From an uncultured Actinomycetota bacterium (GTDB lineage Bacteria; Actinomycetota; Actinomycetes; Actinomycetales; Dermatophilaceae), in assembly GCA_963828995.1 (NCBI GenBank), contig CAWHHB010000005.1, forward strand, positions 249,338 through 313,337: DNA of 64,000 bases. The letters run 5' to 3'. The number at the start of each line of letters is the position of its first letter. The stretch's first letter is position 1. The notes under the pieces were generated by a model. It saw only the letters and a list, made by a program, of their open reading frames with translations, had not been told where the DNA came from and made no database searches. This document shows, piece after piece, positions 39,791-52,017 of the stretch. The position numbers and the translations under genes are program-made.

Positions 39791-40890
39791 GCGGGGTCGA
39801 CGGGCCCTACGACGACGCCTCGCTGGACGCGACGGCCCGGGTCGTCGACCCCGGCGGCGACGACGAGGAGCGTCAGGTCGAGGCGGCGCTGCGGCCCAAG
39901 CGGCTCAGCGAGTTCCCCGGCCAGACGCGGGTGCGCGACCAGCTGCAGCTCGTGCTGGAGGCGGCCCGGCGCCGCGACGCGCCCCCGGACCACATCCTGC
40001 TGTCCGGGCCGCCCGGCCTGGGCAAGACGACGCTGGCCATGATCGTCGCCGCCGAGCTCGAGCAGCCGATCCGGATCACCAGCGGCCCGGCGATCCAGCA
40101 CGCCGGCGACCTGGCCTCGATCCTGTCCTCCCTGGCCAAGGGCGAGGTGCTCTTCCTGGACGAGATCCACCGGATGGCGCGCCCGGCCGAGGAGATGCTC
40201 TACCTGGCGATGGAGGACTTCCGCGTCGACGTCATCGTCGGCAAGGGCCCCGGCGCCACGGCGATCCCGCTGGCGCTCGAGCCGTTCACCGTGGTCGGCG
40301 CCACGACCCGGGCCGGGCTGCTGCCGGCGCCGCTGCGCGACCGGTTCGGCTTCACCGGACACCTCGACTTCTACGCCACCGCCGACCTGGTCCGCATCGT
40401 CAAGCGCTCGGCCGGGCTGCTCGGCGTCGACACCGACGACGCGGGCATCACCGAGATCGCCCGGCGGTCCCGGGGCACGCCCCGCATCGCCAACCGGCTG
40501 CTGCGACGGGTCCGCGACTGGGCCCAGGTGCACGGCCGGGGCGTCGTCGACGAGGAGGCCGCGCACGTGGCGCTGGCCCTCTTCGACGTCGACGACCGGG
40601 GCCTGGACCGGCTCGACCGGGCGGTGCTGGAGGCGCTGTGCCGCCGGTTCGGTGGGGGACCGGTGGGTCTGAGCACGCTGGCCGTCGCGGTGGGCGAGGA
40701 GTCCGACACCGTCGAGACCGTGGCCGAGCCGTTCCTCGTGCGCGAGGGCTTCATGATCCGCACGCCTCGCGGCCGGGCCGCGGCGCCGCTGGCCTGGGAG
40801 CACCTCGGGCTGACGCCGCCGTCGCCGGTGGCCGGAACCTCACAGACCGCGCTGCCGTTGGGAGAGGGTGACGGGCGGTTCGGCGGGTAG
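39787..40890 (+). CDS. ruvB: Holliday junction DNA helicase RuvB
   Basis: Intact: [40 protein letters not shown]. Confidence 0.95.
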   Translation: MSGVDGPYDDASLDATARVVDPGGDDEERQVEAALRPKRLSEFPGQTRVRDQLQLVLEAARRRDAPPDHILLSGPPGLGKTTLAMIVAAELEQPIRITSGPAIQHAGDLASILSSLAKGEVLFLDEIHRMARPAEEMLYLAMEDFRVDVIVGKGPGATAIPLALEPFTVVGATTRAGLLPAPLRDRFGFTGHLDFYATADLVRIVKRSAGLLGVDTDDAGITEIARRSRGTPRIANRLLRRVRDWAQVHGRGVVDEEAAHVALALFDVDDRGLDRLDRAVLEALCRRFGGGPVGLSTLAVAVGEESDTVETVAEPFLVREGFMIRTPRGRAAAPLAWEHLGLTPPSPVAGTSQTALPLGEGDGRFGG

Positions 40891-41075
40891 GCTGCGAACA
40901 TCACGATTGCGTAGCGGACACGGCCGGGTTCCGGCCGGGTTCGTTGGTCGGCGTGGTGCGGCTCACCTAGACTCGCCCGGGCATCGCGGCCCCGGCCGCC
41001 GCCCCTGCGTGTCCGGAGACCCCGGGCCGTCGCAGACTGACAGGCAACACGCACCCACTGATGAGGAACTGACTC

Positions 41076-41400
41076 ATGCCGCAAGGCGCCGGACTCGGCA
41101 ACCTGCTGATCTTCGCTCTGCCGGTCCTGCTGATCGTCTTCATGTTCATGACGCAGCGGCGTCGTCAGCGTGAGGTGAAGGCGGTCCAGAGCAGCCTCAG
41201 CGTCGGTGACGAGGTCACCACCACGTCCGGGCTGCTGGGGCGGATCGTCGCGCTCGACGAGCGCATCGCCACCCTCGAGGTCAGCCCCGGTGTGCAGGTC
41301 CGCTTCGACCGTCGCGCGCTGGCCGGCCCGGCACCGACCGCGGCACCGCAGGACGCGCCCCGAGGACGGCCCCTCCTCACCCGTGAACCCCGCGGAGTAG
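41076..41400 (+). CDS. yajC: Preprotein translocase subunit YajC, one frame break in a C4 run
   Basis: LIFALPVLLIVFMFMTQRRRQRE..VGDEVTTTSGLLGRIVALDE. The natural C-terminus ..PEDGPSSPVNPAE (stop 41398-41400) is reached only if one C of cccc at 41358-41361 is removed. Confidence 0.8.
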
Positions 41401-41406
41401 GACGTC

Positions 41407-43294
41407 GTGGCCATCAACCCCCGCAACCGTCGGCCGCTGCGCGTCCTCGCAGCGCTGTTCGTCATCATCATCGGCCTCTACGGCCTGCTCGCCTCCGTGC
41501 ACACCTGGGGCGAGGCGCAGCTGACCCCCAAGCTCGGCCTCGACCTCGAGGGCGGCACCCAGCTGATCCTCGAGCCCAAGGTGGTCGGCAGCCGCCCCAT
41601 CAACCAGGGCCAGATCGACAAGGCGGTCGACATCATCCGCCAGCGCGTCGACGGCAGCGGTGTCGCCGAGGCCGAGGTCGCCACCCAGGGCGGGCGCAAC
41701 ATCGTCATCTCGCTGCCCGGCAAGCCGGCCCAGAGCACGGTCGACTCGCTGAGCAAGTCCTCCCAGCTGCGCTTCCGCCCCGTGCTGGTCCAGGCGCCGA
41801 ACACCGCGCCCGCCCCGGCACCGAGCGCCACCCCGTCCGGCGACGCCGTCGGCGCAAGGCCACCCCGCCCGCCGAAGGCCGACCCCGCCCGCCAAGGCGA
41901 CCCCGCCGGCGAAGGCGACCGCCAAGCCGTCCGGCACGGCCTCCACCTCGGCCGGGTCCGCCTTCCCGCAGGCGCTGCGCGCCCCGTCGGCCACGACCCC
42001 CACCCCGACCGGCGACGCCACGCCACGCCGGCGGCCGGCCACGCCCGCCGCGAGTGCCCCGGCGACGAGCGCCCCGGCTCCGGCCCCCAGCCCCACGGCT
42101 CCGAGCCCGACCGGCGCGAACGGTGCCACCGGGCACCGCGAGTGACCTGGCCCAGATCACCCCGGCGATCGAGAAGCAGTTCACCGCGCTGGACTGCACA
42201 GGACCCCAAGCAGGTCGCAGGCCATCGTCGACGACCCCGACAAGGTGATGGTGACCTGCTCGGTCGACGGCACGCACCAAGTACATCCTCGGCCCGGCCG
42301 AGGTCGAGGGCCAGGACGTCAAGGACGCCACCTCCGGTGCCGAGCTCAACCAGCAGGGCGCCGCCCACCGGTGGCTACGAGATCCGGCTGTCCTTCAACT
42401 CCAAGGGCACCAAGGAGTTCGGCGACGTCACGACCCGCCTGGTGGCGCTGCAGCCGCCGCAGAACCAGTTCGCGATCGTCCTGGACAACCTGGTCATCTC
42501 CGACCCGCAGACCAACGCGGCCATCACCAACGGCGCGGCGAGCATCACCGGCAACTTCACCGCCGAGAGCGCGCGCGCTGCTGGCCGACCAGATCAAGTT
42601 CGGCGCGCTGCCGCTGTCCTTCTCGCTGCAGACGCAGGACGACATCAGCCCCCAGCTCGGCTCCGACCAGCTGCAGCGGGGCCTGCTCGCCGGCGCGATC
42701 GGCCTGCTGCTCGTGGTCATCTACTCGCTGTTCCAGTACCGCGCCCTCGGCCTGGTCACCGTCGCCTCGCTGCTCGTCGCCGTCGGTGATCACCTACGCC
42801 GCGGTCACGCTGCTGGGCTGGTCGCACGGCTTCCGGCTCACCATGGCCGGCGTCACCGGTCTGATCGTCGTCGATCGGCATCACCGCCGACTCGTTCATC
42901 GTCTACTTCGAACGGGTGCGGGACGAGGTCCGCGAGGGCCGTCCGCTGCGCGCGGCCGTCGACACCGGCTGGAAGCGCGCCCGGCGCACGATCCTGATCG
43001 CCGACGCGGTCAACTTCCTGGCGGCGGCGGTGCTCTACGCGCTGGCCGCCAGCAACGTGCGCGGCTTCGCCTTCACCCTGATGCTGACGACGATCATCGA
43101 CATCCTCGTCGTCATCCTCTTCACCCACCCGCTGCGTGGCGATCCTGGCCAACACGAAGTTCTTCGGTGAGGGCCACAAGTGGTCCGGCTTCGACCCCGA
43201 GCACCTGGGCACCACGCTGCCGCGGTACGCCGGCCGTGGCCGGGTCACGATCGCCGCGCAGCGCGCCGCGGCAGAGGGAGGCCACGCCTCATGA
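41407..43294 (+). CDS. secD: Protein translocase subunit SecD, many frame breaks
   Basis: [36 protein letters not shown].. is followed by an Ala/Pro/Thr/Lys-rich linker. It continues ..[88 protein letters not shown]. At least 8 frame switches. The stop overlaps the secF ATG. Confidence 0.9.
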
Positions 43295-44481
43295 GTCGCT
43301 TCGCCACCTTCGGCAACGACCTCTACACCGGCAAGCGCTCGATCGACTTCGTCGGCCGGCAGCGGCTCTGGTACGCCATCTCCGGCGGCATCATCGTCCT
43401 GGCGCTGATCGGCATCTTCGGCCGCGGGCTCAACTTCGGGCTGGAGTTCCGGGGCGGCTCGGAGTTCCGGGTCGCCCGGCGTCGACGCACACCCAGGACT
43501 TCGAGCAGACCGGCCGCTCGGCGCTCAGCGCGCGGCGGACGGCGCGGACGTGGTGGTCACCAAGCTCGGCACCAACACCGATCCGGGTGCAGACCGAGAA
43601 GCTCAGCGCCGAGCAGACCGAGGCCGGCAAGGCCAAGCTGGCCAAGGCGTTCGGCGTCCCCGAGGCGACGCGATCACCTCCTCGTTCGTCGGCGCCGTCG
43701 TGGGGTTCCTCGGTCAGCGACAAGGCGCGCAACGCGCTGATCGTCTTCCTCGTCCTCGTCTCGCTGGTGCTCGCGGCGTACTTCCGCACCTGGAAGATGT
43801 CGCTCGCGGCGCTGGTCGCGCTGCTGCACGACCTGGTCATCACCGTCGGCATCTACGCCCTCGTCGGGTTCGAGGTCACCCCGGCGTCGGTGATCGGGTT
43901 CCTCACGATCCTCGGCTACTCGCTCTACGACACCGTCGTGGTGTTCGACAAGGTGCGCGAGAACACCGACCGAGGCCGTCGCAGACCGGGCGGAGTCCTA
44001 CTCGCAGGCCGCGAACCTGGCGGTCAACCAGACCCTGGTCCGCTCGATCAACACCTCCGTGGTGGCCCTGCTGCCGGTGGCCGCGATCCTCGTTCGTCGG
44101 CGTTCACCGTGCTCGGTCCGGGCACGCTGCTCGACCTCTGCCTCGCGCTGTTCGTCGGGATCGCGGTCGGCACCTACTCCTCGATCTTCATCGCCACCCC
44201 GCTGCTGGCCGACCTGCGCGAGCGCGAGCCGGCGATGCAGGCAGCTGCGCAAGCGGGCCGAGCGCTACCAGGCGACCCGCGGCCGGGGCGCCCAGGAGGC
44301 CGAGGCCGGCCGCGGCCGGCCCGACGAGGGCACCGGCACCCGGGCGGACCGACCCCAGGACGCCGTACCCGCCGCCCGTGCCGCGGGCACGCCGCGCGCG
44401 TCCACCGGCCGGCCGGTGCACCCCTACGCCCAGACCGGCCCGCGCAACCAGCCCAAGCGTCCCCCCAAGTCCAAGCGATAG
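43291..44481 (+). CDS. secF: Protein translocase subunit SecF, many frame breaks
   Basis: [116 protein letters not shown]. The basic C-terminal tail ends at 44481. At least 6 frame switches. Confidence 0.9.
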
Positions 44482-44494
44482 GCGGCACCAGCCG

Positions 44495-45044
44495 ATGAGT
44501 GAGCAGACCGAGACGACCGCGTCGATCGGCGCAGCTGGTCGCCAGCCGCCTGCGCGACATCCCCGACTTCCCCGAGCCCGGGGTGTCGTTCAAGGACTTC
44601 ACGCCGCTGCTCAGCGACGGCGCCGCCCTGCGCGCCGTGGTCCGGGACATCGCCGCCCGCCGCGCGGGCAGCGTCGACGCTCGTCGTCGGCATCGAGGCC
44701 CGCGGCTTCATCCTCGGCGCGGCCGTGGCCTACGAGCTCGGCATCGGCTTCGTGCCGGTCCGCAAGGCCGGCAAGCTGCCGGGGGAGACGCTGCACGTCG
44801 ACTACGAGCTGGAGTACGGCACCGCCACCATCGAGGTGCACGCCGACGCGTTCGTCGCCGGGCGCCCGCGTCCTGGTCGTGGACGACATCCTGGCCACCG
44901 GCGGCACCGCCGTCGCGACCTGCGACCTGCTCGAGCGGGCCGGCGCCAAGGTGGTCGCGTTCGAGGCGGTGGCCGAGCTCGGCTTCCTGGGCGGCCGCGA
45001 CCGGCTCGGGTCGCGGGTGGTCCACAGCCATGGTCACCCTCTGA
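44495..45044 (+). CDS. apt: Adenine phosphoribosyltransferase, frame-broken
   Basis: [80 protein letters not shown]. At least 4 frame switches. Confidence 0.85.
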
Positions 45045-45120
45045 CCGCGCACGACACCCGGGGGACGGCACGCGGTCCCACGACCGTGGTCACCCCCTGA
45101 GGGCACCTAGACTGGGTGCC

Positions 45121-47484
45121 ATGAGCGAGGACGTGGCTGCCGGCACCACCACTGGGTCGCCGCTGTCCGCCCCGCCGGAGGAGCCGACCGCGGCCGATCG
45201 CCGACGGCCGTCGCGGCGTGCCGGGCGCGGCTGGCCCGCTTCGGCGGTCCGCGCACCGACGTCAACCCGGTGCTCGAGCCGCTGCTGCGCGCGGTCCGGG
45301 CCACCCACCCCAAGGCCGACCTGTCGGTCATCGAGCGGGCCTACGCCGTGGCCGAGCGGGCCCACCACGGGCAGATGCGCAAGAGCGGCGACCCCTACAT
45401 CACCCACCCGCTCGCGGTCACCACCATCCTCGCCGAGCTCGGCATGACCCCGGCGACGCTGGCCGCGGCGCTGCTGCACGACACGGTCGAGGACACGTCG
45501 TACAGCCTGGCCGACCTGACCCGCGGACTTCGGCGACGAGGTCGCGATGCTGGTCGACGGGGTCACCAAGCTCGACAAGGTGACCTACGGCGACGCGGCC
45601 CAGGCCGAGACGGTCCGCAAGATGGTCGTGGCGATGGCCCGCGACATCCGCGTGCTGGTCATCAAGCTGGCCGACCGGCTGCACAACGCCCGCACCTGGC
45701 GCTACGTGTCGCAGGCGTCGGCGCAGCGCAAGGCCCGCGAGACCCTCGAGATCTACGCGCCGCTGGCCCACCGCCTCGGCATGAACACCATCAAGTGGGA
45801 GCTGGAGGACCTGTCCTTCGCGACGCTCTACCCCAAGGTGTACGACGAGATCGTCCGCCTGGTCGCCGACCGCGCCCCGGCCCGCGAGGAGTACCTCGCC
45901 GGCGTCCGCGAGGCGGTCAAGTCCGACCTGGCCGCGGCCCGGATCAAGGCCACGGTCACCGGCCGGCCCAAGCACTACTACTCCGTCTACCAGAAGATGA
46001 TCGTCCGCGGCCGCGACTTCGAGGAGATCTACGACCTCGTCGCGGTGCGGGTGCTGGTGGACTCGGTCCGCGACTGCTACGCCGTCCTGGGCGCGCTGCA
46101 CGCGCGCTGGAACCCGGTGCCCGGCCGGTTCAAGGACTACATCGCGATGCCCAAGTTCAACATGTACCAGTCGCTGCACACCACGGTGATCGGTCCCGAG
46201 GGCAAGCCGGTCGAGATCCAGATCCGCACCCACACCATGCACCGCCGGGCCGAGTACGGCGTCGCCGCGCACTGGAAGTACAAGGAGAACGGCAGCGCCG
46301 GCGCCGACGCCGGGCAGACGGGCGCGAGGGCGACGCGGCCCGGTCAACGACATGGCCTGGCTGCGCCAGCTGCTGGACTGGCAGCGCGAGACCTCCGACC
46401 CGGGGGAGTTCCTCGACTCGCTGCGGTTCGAGATCAACGCCCGCGAGGTCTACGTCTTCACGCCCAAGGGCGTCGGTGATCGCCCTGCCCGCCGGCTCGA
46501 CCCCGGTCGACTTCGCCTACGCGGTGCACACCGAGGTCGGGCACCACTGCATCGGCGGCCGGGTCAACGGCCGGCTCGTGCCGCTGGAGAGCACGCTCGA
46601 GAACGGCGACGTCGTCGAGGTGCTCACCTCCAAGGCCGACGGCGCCGGGCCGTCGCGCGACTGGCTGACCTTCGTCAAGAGCCCGCGGGCGCGCAACAAG
46701 ATCCGCCAGTGGTTCTCCAAGGAGCGCCGCGAGGAGGCGATCGACTCCGGCAAGGACGCCATCGCCAAGGCGATGCGCAAGCAGGGCCTGCCGCTGCAGC
46801 GGCTGATGACCCACGAGACGCTGACCAACCTGGCCGGCGAGCTGCGCTACGCCGACATCTCCGCCCTGTACGCCGCGGTGGGCGAGGGCCACGTGTCCGC
46901 CCAGCACGTCGTGGGCCGGCTGGTCGAGTCGATGGGCGGCGAGGAGGGCGCCAGCGAGGACCTCGCCGAGGCCACCAGCCCCACCCGGGCCCTGCGCCGC
47001 CGCAGCGGCGACCCGGGCGTCGTGGTCGTGGGCACCGCCGACGTGTGGGTCAAGCTGGCCCGCTGCTGCACCCCGGTGCCGGGCGACCCGATCATCGGCT
47101 TCGTCACCCGCGGCAGCGGCGTCTCGGTGCACCGCGCCGACTGCACCAACGCCGAGTCGCTGCTGAGCCAGCCGGACCGGCTGATCGACGTCGAGTGGGC
47201 GCCCTCGGCCGCGAGCGTGTTCCTCGTCCAGCTGCAGGTCGAGGCGCTCGACCGCAACCGGCTGCTCTCCGACGTCACCCGGATCCTGTCCGACCACCAC
47301 GTCAACATCCTGTCGGCCAGCGTCGCGACGTCGCGCGACCGGGTGGCCATCTCGCAAGTTCACCTTCGAGATGGGCGACCCCGGCCACCTCGACCACGTG
47401 ATCAAGGCGGTGCGCAAGATCGACGGGGTGTTCGACGTCTACCGGATCACCGGCGGCAAGGCCACCAAGCCCGAGCCGGTCTGA
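45121..47484 (+). CDS. relA: Bifunctional (p)ppGpp synthetase/hydrolase RelA/SpoT homologue, frame-broken
   Basis: HD domain: [28 protein letters not shown]. Synthetase: [45 protein letters not shown]: [21 protein letters not shown]: [20 protein letters not shown]. At least 5 frame switches. Stop 47482-47484. Confidence 0.9.
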
Positions 47485-47521
47485 CCCGACCCGGGCGCTC
47501 CGACGCGCGGGCGCTGCCCGG

Positions 47522-48976
47522 TCAGCTGCTGAACTCCTCCAGGCCGGCCCGGGCCTGGGCCAGCCACTGCTCGCGGGCCTCGAGGGCCGCGCGGGCCTCG
47601 GCGGTCTTGCGGTCGTTGCCGGTGGCCTCGGCCCTGGTGAGGTCGGCGCGCAGGCCCTCGACGGCGGACTCGAGCTGGTCGACCAGGCTCTGCGCGCGGG
47701 CCGCGGCCTCGGGGTTGCGGTTGGCCCAGCGCTTCTCGTCGGTCTCACGGACGGTCTGCTCGACCCGGCGCATGGCCTTCTCGATCCGCTCGAGGTCGCT
47801 GCGGGGCACCTTGCCGGCGGCGTCCCACGCGTCCTGGATCCGGCGCAGCGACGCCTTGGCGGCCTCGACGTCGGTGACCGGCAGCAGGGCCTGGGCCTGG
47901 GCCAGCAGCTCCTCCTTGACCACGAGGTTGGTCTTGTACTCCTCGTTCTCGGCCGCGACGACCTCGTCCTTGGCGGCGAAGAAGCTGTCCTGCGCGGCCT
48001 TGAAGCGGGCCCACAGGGCGTCGTCGTCGGTGCGCGAGGCGCGGCCGGCGTCACGCCACCGGTCCATCAACCGCTTGAACGCCGTGGCCGTCGGGGCCCA
48101 GTCGGTGCTGGTCGCCAGCTCCTCCGCCTCGGCGACCAGCTTCTGCTTGGCGGCCTTGGCCTCGGACTGGCTGCCCTCGAGCTGGGCGAAGTGCACGCGC
48201 CGGGCCTTGTCGAAGCCGTTGCGGGCCGCGCTGAACCGCTGCCACAGCGCGGTCTCGGACTCGCGGTCGAGCTTGGGACCGCTGCGCTGCAACGCCTTCC
48301 ACTCGTCCAGCAGGGCCCGCATGCGCGCGCCGCTGGCCTTCCACTGGACCTTGTGCTCGGGCTGGGCGGCGATGGACTCCGCCTCGGCGACGAGCGCCTC
48401 GCGCTTGGCCCGGCCCACCTCGCGGGCAGCGCGGCGCTCGGCGTCCTCGGTGGACCGCTTGGCCTGCACCGCGGCCGTGACGGCCTGCACCTTGGCCTCG
48501 AGCGCGGCGAGGTCACCGACGACCCGGGCCTGCGTCGTCTGCTCGCGCAGCTTGGCCAGCGCCTCGGCCGCCTCCTTGGCGGCCAGGTCGGTGTGCGTCA
48601 CCCGCTGCAGCAGCAGCTCGGCGGACGCCAGCAGCTCGTCGTACTTGCGGGTGAAGTAGGCCAGCGCCTCGGCGGGGGTGGCGCCGGGGTAGGAGCCGAC
48701 CTCACGCTCGCCCTCGGGCGTGCGCACGAAGACGGTGCCGGTGTCGTCCACCCGGCCGAACTCCGAGGCCCGGTGGCCGCCGGGGGCGTGCAGACCGGCC
48801 AGCGCGGCCGGGCTGGGAACGGCCGGGCTCGGGGCAGCGGGGCCGGGGACGGCCGGCCGGGGCGTCGGGGGAGCGGGCGCGGCCGCCGGGGCGGCGGCAG
48901 TCGGCGCAGCCTCGGGGGCGGTCTGCTCCTCGGGGCGCGCGTCGTGCTGCTCGATGGACGGGGTCTGCTCGGACAC
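47522..48976 (-). CDS. DUF349 domain-containing protein
   Basis: Intact ORF with repeated helical units (WKA..K..E..LW.RF..A...F). GTG 48976 was chosen, preceded by GAGAAGAAGG. Confidence 0.7.
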   Translation of the reverse strand: MSEQTPSIEQHDARPEEQTAPEAAPTAAAPAAAPAPPTPRPAVPGPAAPSPAVPSPAALAGLHAPGGHRASEFGRVDDTGTVFVRTPEGEREVGSYPGATPAEALAYFTRKYDELLASAELLLQRVTHTDLAAKEAAEALAKLREQTTQARVVGDLAALEAKVQAVTAAVQAKRSTEDAERRAAREVGRAKREALVAEAESIAAQPEHKVQWKASGARMRALLDEWKALQRSGPKLDRESETALWQRFSAARNGFDKARRVHFAQLEGSQSEAKAAKQKLVAEAEELATSTDWAPTATAFKRLMDRWRDAGRASRTDDDALWARFKAAQDSFFAAKDEVVAAENEEYKTNLVVKEELLAQAQALLPVTDVEAAKASLRRIQDAWDAAGKVPRSDLERIEKAMRRVEQTVRETDEKRWANRNPEAAARAQSLVDQLESAVEGLRADLTRAEATGNDRKTAEARAALEAREQWLAQARAGLEEFSS

Positions 48977-48980
48977 GAGG

Positions 48981-49802
48981 TCAGGCCTTCTTCTCGGTGA
49001 CAGCAACCTTGAGGATGCTGATCGGTTGGTTGGGCGCCGTGTTGCCGCTCTGGTCGGCCGGCTTGGCGCCCGCGGCGGCGATCTTGCCCACGATATCCAT
49101 GCCGCCGGTGACCCGGCCGAAGATGGAGTAGCCGGTCGGGTCCTGCAGCGTGGTCTGCTTGTAGACGATGAAGAACTGGCCGCCGTTGCTGTTCGGGTCG
49201 GAGGTGCGGGCCATCGCCAGCGTCCCGGCGGGGAACTGGCCGTCCTTGGGCGCGTTCTCGACGCCGAACCCGTAGCCGGGGCCGCCGCTGCCGGTGCCGG
49301 TCGGGTCGCCGCACTGCAGCACGTAGATGCCGCTGGTCACGAGGCGGTGGCAGGGCGAGTCGTTCCAGTAGCCGCTGCGGGCGAGGCCGAGGAAGGACGC
49401 CACGGTCTGCGGCGCCCTGGCGCCGTCCAGCTCCATCGTGATGTCGCCGCAGGAGGTGGTCACGGTCGCCACGAACGTCTTGCCGGCCGCGGTCGCCTTG
49501 GGCGGCAGCGTGGCGGTGCGGGCGCCGGGGACCGCCGGCGGGGTGGAGCAGCCCTGCGACCAGGGGCGCGGTGGCGCCGGTCGCGCGAGGGCGTGGCGCG
49601 GCTGGGGGTGGCGTCGGGTGCCGCGCATGGCCAGGCTGATCCCGACGACGCCGCCCACCACCAGCAGCACCGCCAGGACGATGGCGACCACCTGCCGGTT
49701 GCGCCGCGCCTCGGCCTCGTGCCGCTGCCGGGCCGCCTGCTGCTTCTCGTAGCGCCGCTTGGCGCGCTCCCGCTCGCGGTCGTTCGGCGACACCTGATGC
49801 AC
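48981..49802 (-). CDS. Membrane-anchored cyclophilin-type peptidyl-prolyl isomerase
   Basis: Intact. An N-terminal TM helix (VVAIVLAVLLVVGGVVGI) is followed by GDITMELDGARAP..CHRLVTSGIYVLQCGDPTGTGSGGPGY..GTLAMARTSDPNSNGGQFFIV. Confidence 0.85.
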   Translation of the reverse strand: MHQVSPNDRERERAKRRYEKQQAARQRHEAEARRNRQVVAIVLAVLLVVGGVVGISLAMRGTRRHPQPRHALARPAPPRPWSQGCSTPPAVPGARTATLPPKATAAGKTFVATVTTSCGDITMELDGARAPQTVASFLGLARSGYWNDSPCHRLVTSGIYVLQCGDPTGTGSGGPGYGFGVENAPKDGQFPAGTLAMARTSDPNSNGGQFFIVYKQTTLQDPTGYSIFGRVTGGMDIVGKIAAAGAKPADQSGNTAPNQPISILKVAVTEKKA

Positions 49803-49877
49803 TCCGTTCCGGCGGCGACGTCAGGAGGGCTGCCCTGACCGCGGTCAGTCTAGGCACGACGGCCGGGCCGGAGAGCG

Positions 49878-50620
49878 GTGGTCGGCTCCGTGTCCGTGCC
49901 CGTTAGGCTCGCCGTCGTGCTGACGATCGGGTTCCCTGCCGCCGCCTTCGCCACCAACTGCTACGTGCTCGCGCCCGGAGCGGGGCAGGAGTGCCTCGTC
50001 GTCGACCCGGGCATCGGGGTCGAGGACCAGCTCGCCGAGGTGCTGCGCGAGCACCGGCTCAAGCCGGCCGCGGTGCTGCTGACCCACGGCCACCTCGACC
50101 ACGTCTACTCGGTCACCCCGGTGTGCGGTGCGCGCGTCCGTCGCCGCGCACATCCACGGCGACGACCGCTACCGGCTGAAGGACCCGCTGTCGCTGCTGG
50201 ACCCCTCGCTGGTCGCCATGCTCGAGCAGCAGTTCGGCACGGCGGCGACCTGGCGCGAGCCCGATGACGTCGTGTCCCTGGCCGACCAGGACACCCTCGA
50301 GCTGGCCGGGCTCACGCGTGCGGGTGCTGCACGCGCCGGGGCACACCGAGGGGTCGGTGATGTTCGCCCTGCCGACGGTGCCGGACGGCGTCGCCGACCG
50401 CGGCCTGGGCTCCACCCTGCTGTCCGGCGACGTGCTCTTCGCCGGCTCCATCGGTCGCACCGACCTGCCCGGCGGCAGCGGGGCGGCGATGACCCGCAGC
50501 CTGCGCGACGTGGTCCTGCCGCTGCCGGACGACACCCTGGTCCTGCCCGGCCACGGCCCCTCCACCACCGTCGAGCGTGAGCGCGCCGCGAACCCCTACC
50601 TGCAAGGACTGTCAGCGTGA
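49878..50620 (+). CDS. MBL-fold metallo-hydrolase (glyoxalase II-like), two frame breaks
   Basis: NCYVLAPGAGQECLVVDPG..VLLTHGHLDHV..HAPGHTEGSV..LSGDVLFAGSIGRTDLPGG..VLPGHGP. Frame breaks fall near 50135 and 50320. The start may instead be GTG 49917. Confidence 0.75.
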
Positions 50621-52017
50621 GCCAGAGCAGAGTCACCCCGATCAGCGGCTTCCCCGAGTTCCTGCCGGGCGACCGGATCGTGGAGCAGCACTTCCTGGAC
50701 GTCATCCGCGAGACGTTCGAGCTGCACGGCTTCGCCTCGGTCGAGACCCGGGCGGTGGAGCCGATCGAGCGGCTCGCCAGCCAGGGCGAGGACGCCGACA
50801 AGGAGATCTACGCGATCTCCCGCCTCGCCGCCGGCCCGGACGACGTCGGCCGCGAGGGCCGGCTGGGGCTGCACTTCGACCTCACCGTCCCCTTCGCGCG
50901 CTACGTGCTGGAGAACGCCGGCAGGCTGCAGTTCCCGTTCCGCCGCTACCAGATCCAGCGGGTATGGCGCGGTGAGCGGCCGCAGGAGGGCCGCTACCGG
51001 GAGTTCACCCAGGCCGACATCGACATCGTCGACGTCGGTTCCCTGCCGGCCCACTACGAGGCCGAGCTGCCGCTGGTCATCGCCGACGCGTTCAGCAAGC
51101 TGCCGGTCGGCCCGTTCCGGGTCCAGGTCAACAACCGCAAGATCCCCGAGGGGTTCTACCTCGGTCTCGGGCTGACCGACGTCAAGACGGTGCTGCGGAT
51201 CGTCGACAAGCTGGACAAGATCGGGCCCGAGCGGGTCGCCGCGCTGCTGGTGGAGGCCGGCGCCACCGCGGAGCAGGCCGCCGCGTGCCTGGCCCTGGCC
51301 GAGATCTCCTCTCCCGACCTCGGGTTCGTCGAGCGGGTGCGCGCCCTCGGCGTGGAGCACCCGACCCTGGACGAGGGCCTGGACGCCCTGGCCGCGGTGA
51401 TGCGCGCCGCGATCGAGCACGCCCCCGGGCTGCTGGTCGCCGACCTGCGGATCGCCCGCGGGCTGGACTACTACACCGGCACCGTCTACGAGACCCAGCT
51501 GGTCGGGCAGGAGTCCTACGGCTCGATCTGCTCCGGCGGCCGCTACGACGCCCTGGCCTCCGACGGCAGGACGACGTACCCGGGCGTGGGCATCTCGATC
51601 GGCGTCTCGCGGCTGCTCGGCCGGCTGGTCGGGCCGCAGGGCCTGTCGGCCAGCCGCTCCACGCCGACCTGCGTGCTGGTGGCCCTCGCCGCCGAGGACG
51701 ACCGCGCCCAGGGCGATGCGGGTCGCCGCGGCGCTGCGCCGGCGCGGCATCCCGGTCGAGGTGGCTCCGGCCGCGGCGAAGTTCGGCAAGCAGATCCGGT
51801 TCGCCGAGCGGCGCGGCATCCCGTTCGTGTGGTTCCCGGGGGCGGGGGAGAGCGGCGACCAGGTCAAGGACATCCGCAGCGGGGCCCAGGTCGACGCCGA
51901 CCCGGCCACCTGGGAGCCGCCGGCGGCCGACCGGCGACCGCACGTCGTCGCCCCGGCGGCGGTCCGGGGCGACGGGGCCGGAGACCGAGCCGGCCGGCTC
52001 AGACCGCCGGGGCCTGA
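50617..52017 (+). CDS. hisS: Histidine--tRNA ligase, frame-broken near the C-terminus
   Basis: GFPEFLPGDRI..FRRYQIQRVWRGERPQEGRYREFTQADIDIV..RGLDYYTGTVYE..GSICSGGRYD..GVGISIGVSRL. After a break near 51710 it continues MRVAAALRRRGIPVEV..KFGKQIRFAERRGIPFVW..VKDIRSG. The stop is uncertain; 52017 was taken. Confidence 0.85.
   Translation: MSQSRVTPISGFPEFLPGDRIVEQHFLDVIRETFELHGFASVETRAVEPIERLASQGEDADKEIYAISRLAAGPDDVGREGRLGLHFDLTVPFARYVLENAGRLQFPFRRYQIQRVWRGERPQEGRYREFTQADIDIVDVGSLPAHYEAELPLVIADAFSKLPVGPFRVQVNNRKIPEGFYLGLGLTDVKTVLRIVDKLDKIGPERVAALLVEAGATAEQAAACLALAEISSPDLGFVERVRALGVEHPTLDEGLDALAAVMRAAIEHAPGLLVADLRIARGLDYYTGTVYETQLVGQESYGSICSGGRYDALASDGRTTYPGVGISIGVSRLLGRLVGPQGLSASRSTPTCVLVALAAEDDRAQGDAGRRGAAPARHPGRGGSGRGEVRQADPVRRAARHPVRVVPGGGGERRPGQGHPQRGPGRRRPGHLGAAGGRPATARRRPGGGPGRRGRRPSRPAQTAGA

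Noticed and set aside
41076-42248. 390-aa ORF suggesting a YajC-SecD fusion. Similarly, ORF 45270..48659 extends RelA by ~400 aa.
   Set aside because: The YajC case needs only one extra C in a C4 run to explain it. The RelA extension is antisense to the DUF349 gene, and the real RelA C-terminus (ACT domain, stop 47482-47484) is in another frame.
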